Shown here: positions 1 through 14,343 of the stretch, piece after piece
Layout: each line of letters starts with the position of its first letter
Numbering within the stretch: position 1 is the stretch's first letter
From: Protoeuglena noctilucae
Taxonomy: Eukaryota
Reading direction: 5' to 3'
Assembly (NCBI GenBank): GCA_958009085.1
Contig: OY253672.1
Coordinates: 1,426,001-1,490,000, forward strand
DNA: 64,000 bases
The notes under the pieces: model-generated
Databases searched by the model: none
Seen by the model: only the letters and a program-made list of their open reading frames with translations
What the model was told of the DNA's origin: nothing
Program-made: the position numbers and the translations under genes

Positions 1-89
1 CTGCAATCTTGAGGCGCTTTCTCGCTTCCGCATGCGATGGCGTGCGCCGGCCCCGTCCCTGAGCGCGCCAGGGCTCGGTTTCGCTGCAG

Positions 90-3000
90 GACGTCGACCC
101 TGCGGCCGGAGAGCGCGTCTTTATCGGGATATCCAACCCGATATCTTGGGGCTGCACTCTGAGGACGCCCACGGACCCGCCCCCGCCCACGCCGCCCCCG
201 GAAGGCGACCCCAGCCTCAGCGCGGAGCCCGATGGCCTGGAGGGGGCCGGGTCGCTGATGGAGAAGGACCGCGGGGAGCTTTTTGAGGGAGATGACAAAG
301 GGGAGAAGGCGGCCGGGGGTGATGGCAAGGGTGGGGACGGCAAGGGCGGGGCGGACGCGAAGGGCGCGGGGGGTGCCGCCGGGGAGCTGTTTGCGACGCG
401 ACCGTCGGCGGACTTGCAACGCTCGAGCCTGGCGACCATTTCGGAAGGCGCGGAGCTGCCGGGGCAGATGGGCCCCGTGACGCTCACGGCGGCGATGGAG
501 GGGTCGCGCAAGCCCATGGTCATCGGTGAGGAGCACGCGGGGGCTCTCACGTCTCGCTTGCTTAACGCATCCATGTAGAATTTAGTTAGGGCTTCACAGC
601 GCACCTCTGCGCATGTGTGGCAAAGGCACCTGCGCAACCTCCCCCGCAGCGCGGGACCTGATCAGCGTGGAGCGCGTCATCATGCGCGCGCACAAGCCGG
701 ACCACCTGCGCACGCACGTGGTGTGCCCGGGGATGGTGTATGGCGGTGGCGAGGACGATCTGGGCCTCCACCCGCTCTTCAAGTTGGTCTTTGAGAGCCC
801 GGACGATCCCCTGAAGCTCCTCACGCCGGGAGCAAACGTGCTCCCGCTCATCCACATCGCCGATCTGGTGGCGTACGTGCAGGGCGTCCTCTCGGGGGCG
901 CCCCCGGAGCGCTACCTGCTGGCGTGCGAGCCGGGCCGGGCGACGCTCAAGGCCGTGTCCCGGGCCATCTCGACGTGCATGGGCGGCGGGCAGCTGGCCC
1001 CCGCGTCGTGGCAGGACGTGCTGGCGAGGCCGGACGTGACGCACCTGCTCATGCACGTGCCGTTCGAGTGCACGCGGCTGCCCGAGGGCCGCGGCCCAAG
1101 TTTCTCCGAGGATGGGTTCCTGGACCGCGTCGAGCAGGTCGCGGAGGAGTACAAGGCCGCCCGGGGTTTGCGGCCGCTGCGGGTCGTGCTCCAGGGACCG
1201 CCTGCCAGCGGCAAGACCCTTTTGGCCACGGCGTCGGCCAAGATCTTTGGGGTGCGAAGGGTCGACCTCAAGACGGTCGTCGAGTGGGCCTACGCGCAGC
1301 CCGAGGGGAGCCCCACGCGCGCGCGCATCGACGCCGTCATGAAGGCGAGCCGGCCCGCGTGTGGCAGTACCCGCGTCGCCGCACTTCCGTCCCACATGCG
1401 CCCATGCATCGCCAGCCCCGCCGCTGCTCACTGAGCGCAAGGGAACCCACCATAGATAGCAGTGGTGTCGCTTTGTCTTGCAGGGCAAGCCCGGTCGCCT
1501 TCCGGACGACCTCCTGGCCCAGACGACTCGGGACTACCTCCTGCAGCCCTCCGTGGCCACGCGGGGGTGGATCCTGGAGAACTTCCCCAAGGCGGTGGCG
1601 CAGGTGGAGCCGCTACTGGCGTCCGAGGCGTACCTGAGGTACAAGGCGGACCTGGCGGCCGCGACGACGTCCAAGGGCAAGCCGGCCAAGGGCTCGTCGC
1701 AGCGTTTGGCGCGCGAGGACATCGCGCCGGTGGCGTACGGGTTCGATTCCAGGCTGGCGCCGACGCACGTGGTGGTGCTCGAGTGCGACGACGCCACGCT
1801 CATGCACCGGACGCGGATGATGGAGTCGCACGAGGCGGGGCTGGCGGCGGCGGCCAAGGAGAGGGGCGAGGTGTTCGCGCCGACACACAACAACGTCAAG
1901 GACGCCGAGCGCCGCAAGAAGCCCTACGCCGACCTGCGTGCGGCAGACAAGAAGGACCTGGAAGACAAGGCAAGTGCCTGGCTACCCTGGGTTGGCATGG
2001 CTGACGATGTGGTGCCACCAGGGCTCTCAGTGCCAGCGTTTAGAGATTGCCACAGCGACACAGTGCAGGGGAGCGCGCGTGCATGTTGATGTGACGCGTC
2101 CCAACGCCGTTGACCTGCTCCGTGTGCAGACGCGCGCGTGGGAGTCGAAGCGCGACGCGCTCGTGCGCACGGCGGACAAGAAGGCCAACTCGAAGGACCC
2201 CCGCGACGCGGACTTCAGTCTGGAAAGGGAGCTGGCGGCGTTGGGGCCTTGCCCGGTGCAGGGCGGCCTCGTGGGGGCCCTCACGGCTGAGGGCGCACCG
2301 CTGACAATCCTCGAGACGAGCACGCCGCCTCCGCCGCCCCCGGAGACCCAGACGGTGGCGAAGAAGGACCCCAGGGCGAAGATGACCAAGGAGGAGGAGG
2401 AGCGCATGGTGAGGCGCGGATGGGCGAGCGAGACGAAGGGCTCGCCTGTGTCAGGGACTCGGGGCATGTTACCCATTTGGGATCAACGACATGCGCAACC
2501 GCTCGATGCTGCGGTTTCCAAGACGTTGCCCGTTCCCACGCTTGTGCGCCTGCCACCCGCCCAGGTCAACGAGCTGCTGTCGGCGGACGTGGAGGCCACA
2601 GGGAAGCGCATCCTGCAGCTCCAGCGCATACTTGGCCTCCCCAGAAACTACACGGGCTTCCCGCAAGAGTGGGACCCCCTCAGGCCCTTGTCGCTCATCC
2701 CACACCTAGCGCTCGCGACCCCCGTCGGAGGTGCGTGGCGTGCGGCATGTGACCACGCTCTGACCTGTCCATCGACGTTTGCTTCAATCCTGCCTCGCTC
2801 ACTTCCTCGCGCGCGCAGGCAGGGCGGGGCCGCGGGCCTCAGCGGACGCAGGCGGTGGCGCGGACGCCCGCCCCGAGTCGGCCAAGCAGGGCCAGGGCCC
2901 ATCGACACGTCAGACGTGGAAGCTCGCGGAACACATTGTGGCGCTGGAGCGGTTCGCCGAAGCCGACGCAAAGCCCCTGCGGTGCGAACCTCGCGCATCG

Positions 3001-3354
3001 CCACGGGCGGGGCGCACGCCGCACGGGCGCCCAGCCCATCTAATGTCCGTAACCAATGACCCTGCCCTCGCCCGCGCTCGCAGGCGCGCGGTGCTCGAGG
3101 GCCACGGGCACCGCTTGACGCAGTATCTGCTCGACGACGTGATGCCATCCATCACCACGGCGCTGTTGGGCATCAAAGACCCGGACGCGAGCCTGCCGGA
3201 CGACCCGCTCTCCTACCTCGCGCGCATGCTCGTCTCGGGGGCCGACGAACGCGTGCAGGAGAACATCGACCCGTACGCGTCGCCGCTGTACAAGCTGCAG
3301 CGGGTCAAGCAGAAGGACACCCGGCGAGCGGCGCAGGGGACCCAGCTCGGGTGA
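90..3354 (+). CDS. AK7: Adenylate kinase 7-like flagellar protein (5'-partial, multi-exon)
   Basis: N-terminal Rossmann-like part (RVFIGISNPISWG; THVVCPGMVYGGGE; NVLPLIHIADL), P-loop GPPASGKT, GWILENFPK kinase motif and a C-terminal Dpy-30-like motif (YLLDDVMPSITTAL...PDDPLSYLA). This is the AK7 architecture. Begins at an acceptor (AG 88-89); stop TGA 3352-3354. Confidence 0.85.
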
Positions 3355-3373
3355 CCTGGCGTCGCCATCAACG

Positions 3374-3794
3374 TCATGTCTTCCCTCCCCCGTCCTTCTG
3401 GTCCTGCCCTCTCAATCGCTCCAAATGCTCCCGGAGCTTCTGCGGGCGCGCGTGCCGTCTTTGCCCACCCGCGCGCCTGGCAGGCCCGGTCCCGCGTTGA
3501 ACACTCGATCAGAAAGGTGCTGTCCTCGTCCAGGTGTCACCTGGGCGAACGGGTCGCTCATGTTGCTGTTTTCCCAGTCCTCCTCCCAAAGCTGTTGGCC
3601 CAGGTCCGTCTTGCCCACGTCCGGGCCCCAGTCCTCCTGTGCCGGATGCTCACGCAAGATGTCTTCGCCAGCAGGGGCGTGGCAGGGTGGGCTGAGCTCG
3701 CGAGGCCGCGCGCCAGCGCCCTCGCCTCCCCAAACTCGTCGAACTCGTCATCGTCCACCAGATCCGGCGCCTGCCCTGCCTGGTTCCCCGACAT
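3374..3794 (-). CDS. SEM1: SEM1/DSS1 proteasome lid subunit (3 exons)
   Basis: Spliced product MSGNQAGQAPDLVDDDEFDEFGE|EDWGPDVGKTDLGQQLWEEDWENSNMSDPFAQ|KLREHLERL... carries the DDDEFxEF and WEEDW motifs of DSS1. First intron has a GC donor (3724-3725). Confidence 0.92.
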
Positions 3795-4261
3795 AACTTC
3801 CGTGCGTATGCCCGCGGAGCGCACTGGATGAGTTGACCACAATGGCCGGCAGGAAGGCTCAGGAGGGGTTGCAAACGTGAACAAGCAAACACGTGCCAGG
3901 GGCCTCCTCGGGTGGCTGGTTGCTAGGCAGTGCTGCAGCGATGATTGAGTGTGACAGCCACGGGGCCTTCAGGAAGTCTCCAGGACCTCCAGGAAGACGC
4001 ACGGTGTCAGGCACTTTCGCCAGGATTACATCAGCTGCGCCTGCAGCCTCAGGCAGGCCAGCCATTCTCGGTTGATTGCTTGGTTGCTTGTCTCCGTGCG
4101 CTAGACATTCATCAAAAGCGTCAGTCATCTGGGAGGGTTGGCTGCCGTGTGGTGACCGCTGGGCTCCGTTGACCGCATATCCCTTCAGCGCAGAGGCTAC
4201 TAGCGCTGCCCTGCCAGCGGCCTCCGTTCCCGGGCCATGGGCGACGCTGCCCAGCCCGGTC

Positions 4262-5070
4262 ATGCCAAGGAAGAGGTGTGGACGCACTGCGGTCCCCAGC
4301 GCGGCGCGCGGCGCGATTTCGAGGCACGCAATCAAATGCCGTCTGCTCCTGCGACTGCAGGGGCAGCCGACGGGCGCATCTGCCGCGCCGATGAGGGAGG
4401 GGGCTGCTCAGGCCGGGTTGCGACGCAAAGGGTGCGTTCCCCACAAGGTGGGGCTGCCCCTGGCGCCGCTTACCTCCCCTGTGAGGCAGGACGTTCTTGG
4501 CGACATCCGCAGGGTGCGCGTGATCCAGCCGGCCACGCACTTGTGGGCCAACACATCTGTCGAGGTCTACACGTCGCTCACGGAGGAGGAGAAGGACCGG
4601 TACGGGGACTTTTTGAGAGGGACGGTGTGCTCACTGGCAACGCTCGAGAAGGTGGGGCGGGAATGGCGATGGCGGTTTCCAGGGAGCGGAGGGCGGGCGC
4701 GGAAGTGGCCCCGTGCCCTGGCCCGGCGCAGGTGTTCAATCAGATCGTCGGCCAAAAGGCGCTTTCGAAGGAGAACATGAAGAAAGTCACGACCATTATG
4801 GAGGCGGCGTCGAAGCTCTTCGCGGGGGAGCTGGTGGAGCGGGCCCGCATCGTCGGTGCGTGGTCCGGCCCGCACCGGCCCCGCGTGCCTCTCCGCGGCG
4901 CGTCGCAGCCATCACTGTACCGCCTGCTGGCCTCTCCGTGCTCCGCAGCGTCGGAGATGGGTTACGAGGGCCCGCTGCTCCCCGAGCACCTGCGCCAGGC
5001 GCACCACGAGCTTGTCGGGGAGGGCAAGATTCCCTGCCGCGATCTGAAGCGGCGGAGGATGTTTCGATAG
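4262..5070 (+). CDS. TAF11: TFIID subunit 11 (histone-fold TAF)
   Basis: LTEEEKDRYGDFLR...IMEAASKLFAGELVERARIV|...EGPLLPEHLRQAHHEL matches the TAF11 histone fold. Start exon is less certain. Confidence 0.85.
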
Positions 5071-5263
5071 CATCGATGCGCGCGGCAGGCGCGGCGGGCG
5101 GCCAGGACGTCTGTGCGTAGAGCCGATGCGCGCATTTTCTTTCAACAGCCACTCGCAAACGGGCTGAAAGGGGCACAGCGGCGGTGAAGCAAGCGGCAGC
5201 GTCTAGGCAGCGAGCGAGGGCCCCCAACGCGGCGCATCGGGGACGGCGCGGCGCTCGTCTCGT

Positions 5264-5758
5264 TCAGTGCTCCTCCTTCTTCCCTCCCGCGGCCCCGAAG
5301 GCCTGGCCGACCTTGTGTGCCATCCCCTGGACGCCTTCCTTGAGGTGCTGCGCGACGCCCTTGGAGCGCTCCCTGCGACATAGAAGCAGTCCCAGCCTCG
5401 GGACGCGGTTCCGGACATCGACGGCCCTTGGGCAAGGCGAAGGTGGTTGACGTACGCGCACCGCTCCACCCGCCCTGGCTAGCGGCGACGAGCGGCAGCA
5501 CGACCTCGGGAGCCATCGACAAAGCTTATGCCTATCGGCTGCTGGCCTCCCGCCTCTAAAATGCTGCTCACTTGGTCTCGTGCCCCGCGTCCTTCATCTT
5601 TTCCTTCGCGCCGTGAGCGTGACCGGCCTCGGTGCCCTCATGGGGCTTCTTTTCCTGCGGAAAGCGAGTCAGGACGCGCCAGGAGTCGTATGGCTCGTCC
5701 CACACGGCGGCTCCAGCTTCTCGGAAGTCCCAGCACCCACCTCGGGGGTAACCGGCAT
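5264..5758 (-). CDS. Small (69 aa) hydrophilic LEA/CsbD-like protein, 3 exons
   Basis: GT-AG joins give MPVTPE|EKKPHEGTEAGHAHGAKEKMKDAGHETK|ERSKGVAQHLKEGVQGMAHKVGQAFGAAGGKKEEH*. Splice phases are compatible. Rich in K/E/G/A/H with no C/W/Y. Confidence 0.65.
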
Positions 5759-6000
5759 CGTGACGTCGTATATGAGGCTCGCGCAAACGCTTCTATGCCA
5801 GTCGACGCGACATCGACGCCGCCTTTTCGCCGTCGATGCTTCCTGCCCGACACGTCAGACCGGTCTGACTAGCGCCGAGTCCTCGCGCTTGAACGAGTTT
5901 TGGGTGCAAATTGGCAAAAAGCACCCTCAAGAAGGTGGCCAGTGGCTCAAAGCGCCGGCCAAGGGGCTAGCCCCGCTCCCCCGGCCAGGCCTGCACCACG

Positions 6001-6057
6001 CCGGCCCGCTCGTCCCCGGCCCGCTCGTCCCTACCGCTTGCCCGGCCGCTTGCCCGG
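6001..6057. repeat. Two adjacent short tandem duplications (15 bp x2, 12 bp x2)
   Basis: ccggcccgctcgtcc twice (6001-6030), then ccgcttgcccgg twice (6034-6057). Confidence 0.8.
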
Positions 6058-6987
6058 CCACAGCTCGCGCAGCTTCTCCCGAGCGTCGGCCGCCCTGTCT
6101 CGAGCCCAATCCTGGCCTTTGTCCCCCCATGCAACGAGCTTGTCCCCGAAATCGTACAGGCGGTCCCCCAGCCGCTCCAACCGGCCAGGCTTCTTCCTGG
6201 GGACTTTGAGGGCAGAACTTCGATGGGTGCCCCCCTCACTCGCTCGACTGCGCCTCTGCCTCGCTTATGTTTGAGCTTAGCCTCACTTTTGGCCTCCTTC
6301 GCTCGCTCCTGGGAGGGGCTCCTTGGCTGGCGCAGGGCCACCTCCCTGCATTGAGCGGCAAGAGGACAGGTCGATGTCAAGGTCCCCCTCCCATGCATGC
6401 CGGGATGGAGCAGGCGCATCCCGCTCACGTGTGGGGGCTGCGACATGGCGCACGTGGGCCAGCAGCAGCAGGGTAGCGTCAAGGCCTGTCAAGGTGTCGT
6501 GTTGCTCTTCTGAACCTTCACGGAGGCATAGCAAGCCCAAATGTGACGAGCATGAAGAGTTTCTGCGACAGCAACAGCTAGTCAGTTGCCCTAGGTCTAC
6601 CTAGGGTAATGCGGCTGCGCTTTTGAATGCGCCCGCACCGCTTCGGCATGCATCGATGTTCAAGGTCATCGAGAGCGTGTGAAGAATCCTGGCCGTTCGC
6701 GGGGAGCTGCCCCTCTGGCTTTCTCGGCTCGTTTTCGCCGCATCGCAGTGAGCAGGCCGCCCGGCGCGCATCGCCGTCGCCACCATTAGTCGTAACAGGT
6801 CGTCCCAGACGGGAACGGTGGCGCCATTTGCGCCAAGGACCGCCAGCGAGGCTCGGGAGGTGCCACGCGTCACTCGGGCGACAGCGGCCTGGGCGACAGC
6901 GGTTCGTGCCTCGCGGGTGCTGTCGGGGTTCATTTGTGAGAGTTCTAGCGTGCTAGGTGGGTGACGCGCCTGTCCGTCTTCCCTGCG

Positions 6988-9981
6988 ATGCAGAACTTGC
7001 TCCAAACCATGAAGCTCTTCAGCTGCGTGTGGGGGCAGCGTTGGTCCTCGAGGAAGGGCAGTCGAGGTGCGTCCAAGTCGACGAACGCGCCGGCCTTGCC
7101 GGTCCCCGCCAAGACTGGCGCCGCGCCCAGGGCTGCCCCAGGGAGCACGCTTATTATGCCGGGCCCCTCCGCGGCCGCCTTCCTGCCCAGCGACGCGTAC
7201 GCGGCATCACCTCGTCCCGTGCGGGCCAGGGATAGGGTCAGCGAGTGGCTGGCGGACGTCACGCGCAGCGCCGGGCGCAAGCGGGCGCGGCGCTGGCCCA
7301 CGGGGAGTTCGAACGGGGGACGCGACGTCGCCGCGCAGGCGAGGCGCCCGCTTCGGCTCCCGATGCGAACCACTTTGCTTCCTGTCATCGCGGCTGTCGG
7401 AACCCTCCCGACGCGACGCCCGCAGGCCGCCCCGGACGGGCACGAGGCGTACAGGGAGGCGGACGAGCACCCGCCCGCGGCCGCGGGGCCCTCGCCGCAG
7501 GTCCTCCCGCTCCCGGTCGTCGACCCCAACAACGAGTTGAGCCCCGCGAAGCGCGCAAGCCTCATCCAGCACGCGGTGTGGAACTTCTACTCGCGCTGCG
7601 AGGTCGAAGCGAGTTCGCACGTGGGGTACCCTGCGATGGCGAGGCTCCAGATGGACTTCTCGCCGCTTCTGCCCCTGCACCACCTCAACATCAACAACAG
7701 TGAGCGAGCCGCTGCCTGCTGGGGACGGCGCCGACGATGGCGACCGCCCACATGGGACGCCGCGTGACGTGGCTGCTCCCACCCCATCCCTTCCCGCGCA
7801 GTCGGCGACCCCTTCGTGCCCTCCAACTACCACATCCACTCTCGGGAGTTCGAAGTCGGAGTTTTGCAGTTCTTTGCCGACCTGTACCAGCTGCCCACCG
7901 AGGAGATGTGGGGATACGGTGAGCGGAGCGTGGATTTGACTCTTACTCTTAGTGTGGGGTGGTCGGCCACTGTGCGTGAGCGCATGCTGCGCAGGTGATG
8001 CAGTCCGCGCCAGGCGACATCGGCTGTGACCTGCCCCTCGCGCCGCACTCCCGTCTCGCAGTGACCAATGGGGGCACAGAGGGCTGTCTGATGGGGCTCT
8101 ACACGGGTCGGACCAACCTGCCCGGAGCGCGGCTGTTCTTCTCCAAAGAGGCCCACTACTGCATCCCCAAGGCTGCCCGCCTGCTCAAGTGAGTGAGGCA
8201 GTCCAGACCCGCAGCGAGGTCTCTTTTGGGCCATGGAGTGTCACCCATCCATTCCACTATGGGCTGGTAGTCTTACACGGTCCCCGCATCGCTCCCTCAT
8301 CACTGGCGGTCCTCGCAGCATGGATCACCGGGCCATCGATACGTCGGCGAATGGCGAGGTGGACTACGCGCAGCTGCGTGGCGCGCTGGCGGAGAACCGC
8401 GCGGAGGGGCGCCCGGCGGTGCTGGCCCTCAACATCGGCACGACCGTGCGTGGGGCGATCGACGACATCGACACTGTAGTGGCCATCCTGCGCGAGACGG
8501 GGTACGGTCGCGAGGACTACTACTACATCCACGCGGACGCGGCGCTCTTCGGGATGATGCTGCCGTTTGCAGGGGAGGGCGCCCGCGGCAAGCTGACGTT
8601 CCGCAAGCCCATCGACAGCGTCTCGGTGTCGGGACACAAGTTCATCGGGGTGCCCACGCCCTGCGGCGTCGTGCTGTGCCGGTCGTCGCGCATGGGCCCC
8701 ATGCGCCTCGACGTGGACTACATCGGGACGGTCGATGACACGATCTCCGGGTCCCGGAGCGGCCTCACGAGCGTCTACATGTGGTACGTCCTCTCGATGA
8801 AGGGCGTCCGGGGGTACACGCAGGACGTGAGGAGGGTGCTTTCCATGGCGAGGCAGCTCAAGATCTTGGTGAGGGAGCGGGGCGAGAATAATGGCGCGCT
8901 GGATGGCTGGCTGGGGCGCTGCGAGGTGCTGCGGTAGCAATGGGTCCATCCAATCGGCAGTCGTGGCGGCCCTCATCGTGGCCCCCTGGTTAAGACCAAC
9001 AGTCGTGAACTGTCCTTGTAATACCCTTTATAGGGCTTTCTGATGATGTGACCGCCCTTGCTTTCACCGCAGCTGGAGGACCTGGGGGTGGAGCCCGTGC
9101 TGCTCAACACCTACAGCAACATCGTGGTGTTCAAGAAGCCAGAGGACCCCGCCCTGATCGCCCGCTGGCAGCTGTCAACCAGCGGTGACGTGGCCCACGT
9201 GGTCGTCATGCCCACGATGGAGCTCGACACGCTCACCGCCTTCGTACGCGACTACAAGGCATGCCTCGATGCCAGCGCAGGCAGCGGTGAGCTTCCCCCA
9301 CGCGCAGCTGTACTCGCCAGCGCCCTCGTTGGATCTCCCTGCCGCCCTTGCTCCCTGCCGGCCTCAGGCACAGCTCCGTTCACCCACGCAGGTCGCAACG
9401 GCAACGGCGCCGCGCACAGCCGGCCGGCCTACGAGGCCCCAGCGGGGGACGTGCTCCAATCGCTTTCGAGTGCCAACCTCCAGCCAGTCAGCGACGCCAT
9501 GGCGGCACTCGATATCATCACGGGTGCACCACCGGGCCCCGCCGCGCCGCCCATGCCGCCCCGGGAACGCGCCCGGCCCATCCTCCCGCCCTCGCCGTCT
9601 CCCCAGCCCGGCCCGCACGGCTTCGCGGCCCCGCCCACCTCGCCGCCGCCCCGCGTGCCGCACCCGCCTCGGGACATCCGGGTCGAGGTGCCGCAGAACC
9701 ACTTTGCGAGCGCCCCCGCGGCCGAGCCGTCCCTGCGCAGCTCCGTGGCGGGACCGTCCTCCCCGGGCTGGGACGCGGCTGCCAAGGGCCGGGACGGGGC
9801 GAGCGCTTGGGGCGCCACCCCCGCGCGGCGGCCGGCGCTGCGGCGGGAGATGTCTGGCCTGAGTGGCCGGCACCCGAGCATGCTGCGCCTCGTGTCGGGG
9901 AGCCGTGGGAGCGACGTGGCGGTGTCCCTCGAGTCGGCGCGGACCTGGGACCCTTACGGGAACCTCCCCGCTGCTCGGTGA
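6988..9981 (+). CDS. Group II PLP-dependent decarboxylase, serine/histidine decarboxylase family
   Basis: HVGYP, NINNIGDPF, HSREFEVGVL, WGYVTNGGTEG, YIHADAALFG, PLP lysine motif SVSGHKFIG, TISGSRSG, AHVVVMP. Long low-complexity N- and C-terminal extensions. Start codon uncertain. Confidence 0.9.
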
Positions 9982-10480
9982 GGGCTAGGCCTTGGGGTTA
10001 TGAGCCGCGCTGGTGGCGCCTGTGCTGCGGCTCTGTCGTTGCAGGGAAGAGTGGCTGGCACTGCTTGCCACATGCACTGCTCTGCCCTGTTCTCGCAGGG
10101 ACGCCCCGTCGTCGTCAGCCAGCCAGATTGGCCAGGACTCGCTGCTGTGACGACCCATGTGGTGCCTGTTGCCCTGCAATCTCGTCAGCGCTTCCCCTAG
10201 GCCTCTCCGCCCTACTTATCTAGACTTTCCTACTTCCAGAGCCCCGCATCAGTGCCGGGTGGGCGCCCATGCCCGGCGTACAGCGCAATCCAAATAGAGA
10301 GCGTCGTGCCCTCGTCTCTGCTGCGCCGTGTCCGTGTGAGCCAATGTTTGGTGCCGCCGCTCCGCACCGCACGAGCATCGTCACTTTGCAGTGTTTCCGC
10401 TTTCCAGTCATTGACTGCCCAGACATACATATGTAGGGGCGCTGCTGCCCCTTCTTTCCGGGCCTCGTGCCGTCGCCCGT

Positions 10481-12345
<1,865 letters not shown>

Positions 12346-12758
12346 CCTGGCCCGGCTGCCCCTCCCACCCCCCGTGTGCGAGCAATGCCTGTCGTGTGAC
12401 GCAGAGCACGACTGAATGGAGCCGCCCACCGCTTTCCCCGGGCTTCCTGCGCACGCCACCTCTTCCGCGGACAGCTTTGTTGAGAGAGGGTGAGACCCTG
12501 GGACCTAAGAGCGGCACTGCCCGATGATTTAACGACAGTCTGACAAGCAAGCAATCGCTATGCCAGAACAGAGACCGACCTGGCCAAGAACGAACAAGAG
12601 TGGGTAGGGAGTCGAGACGAGAGGGTTAGTGTGGCGACCGTGGCGGGTCGCGTGGATGGCCAGCCAGAGGGCAGATAGAGACAAATGCCGTGGCCAGCGA
12701 GGTAGATGCGGCGCGGGGCGTGGTGTGGAAAAATGCCGTCCGTCGGGCCTAGGGGCTC

Positions 12759-14343
12759 TCAAGGGGTCCACGAGGCGGCGCCCCCGCTGGCGGCGAAGAC
12801 GGCGTCGCTGCCGCAGCCGGCGGCGGACCCACCCTCCGCGCGCGCCACGGTGCCCTCGCCGACCGCCGCGAGGGCGGACCCCGCGCAGTTGCGGATCTCG
12901 ACGCCGTGGAGCTCCAGCAGGCCCCCATCGGCGCACGCCGCGCCGTGCGACCGCTGCGACCCCGACAGCGACCCCCCGTCCAGCGACGCGCGGGACCCGT
13001 ACCCCATGACGGCCAGGGCGCAGCGGCCGCAGTCCGCGACGGTGCAGTGCCGCGCGACGATGCGGGCGCCCCCGTCGCACGACATGCCGTCCAGCTCGGC
13101 GCAGTCGTGCACCAGCATGCCGTGGAGCACGGCGACGGAGCCGGGCCCCGACACGGCCACTCCGCTCTGCAGGCACCCCGCCACCTCTTCCGACTGCGCC
13201 TCGAGCTGGGCGCCGTCGGTGCAGTGGAGTCCGAAGCCACCCGCGGCCCCCTTGACGCACCCCCGGAGCATCGCCAGGCGGGAGGAGGTGCCCATGACCG
13301 CGGCGCCGCACCGGCCCGAAAGTAGCACGTCCGTGTCCCTCATCTCCAGGCAGCCGCCGTCGCAGCAGAACGTGCCGTGCGCCGACCGGCTCTCCCGGAT
13401 CACGCAGCCTTCCAGCTCCACCGACGACCCGGCGCCGGACACGGCGACGCCGCACCCTCCGGACCCCACCACCTCGCTCCCCAGCAGCTCCACCTCCGCC
13501 CCCGCCGTCGCCGACACCCCGTGCCCCTCCGCGCCCGTCACGGCCACCCCCGTGGCGGACAGCGACGAGCCGCGGCCGTGGGCGGCCAGCCCGCTCCCGG
13601 CGGCGTCGACCACGCGGACGTCCGTCAGCAGCGCGGCGGCGGGGCCGGCGGGCTCGTCGCTCGCCACCAGCACCCCGGCCCCCACCAGCACCACGCCCGT
13701 CATCTCGAGCTCCCCGCCCGGCAAGACCTGGATGGCGCACGACACCCCGGAGAAGCGGAGGACGCCACCGACGAGGTGAACCGGGCGCGAGACCACCAGG
13801 GCCGGACCGCCCCGGGCCGGCGGGGCGACGTCCACCTCGGCCCCCGTCAGGTCGATCTCCCCGCCCTTGCTCAGCATATACTGGATGCTGGACGCCGACA
13901 GCGCCGTCAGCAGAGACCAGGCCTGCGGGACGCGACCAGGGTGGGTCGCCAAGGCCCGTGCAGCACGGTCGCGCGCGGTGCATCTCACTCCCACGGGCAC
14001 GCAATTCGGCCACGCCGCACCTTGGGACTGGCCTCCTCCAGTTGGCCCGCGTCTCCCGATGGGCTCCACTCGCAACCGACGGTGCGCCGCGCGTCGGACC
14101 GCCGCTCATCGTCATCGAGGCGCACGGAGAAGAGCTTGTCTGCGCAGGCCTGCACGGACTCCCCCTGGCACTGACTGTCCACCGCAGACAGCTTCGCGTG
14201 CGGCCGATCCTGCGGCGGGGAACGCGCGCGGATGAAAAAGCCCTCGTCCTGGCTTGGTCAATATCGGAAAATCCGCGCCCCCCACGCACCGTGACGCCCA
14301 GCCCGCCGAGGAAGCGGCTCCCATAATCCACCACCACCTGCAT
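12759..14343 (-). CDS. Right-handed parallel beta-helix (pectin-lyase-like) repeat protein
   Basis: Repeating units of about 23 aa such as GVAVSGAGSSVELEGCVIRES and GVAVSGPGSVAVLHGMLVHDC in the long last exon. Two short upstream exons are joined by GT-AG introns. Confidence 0.75.
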
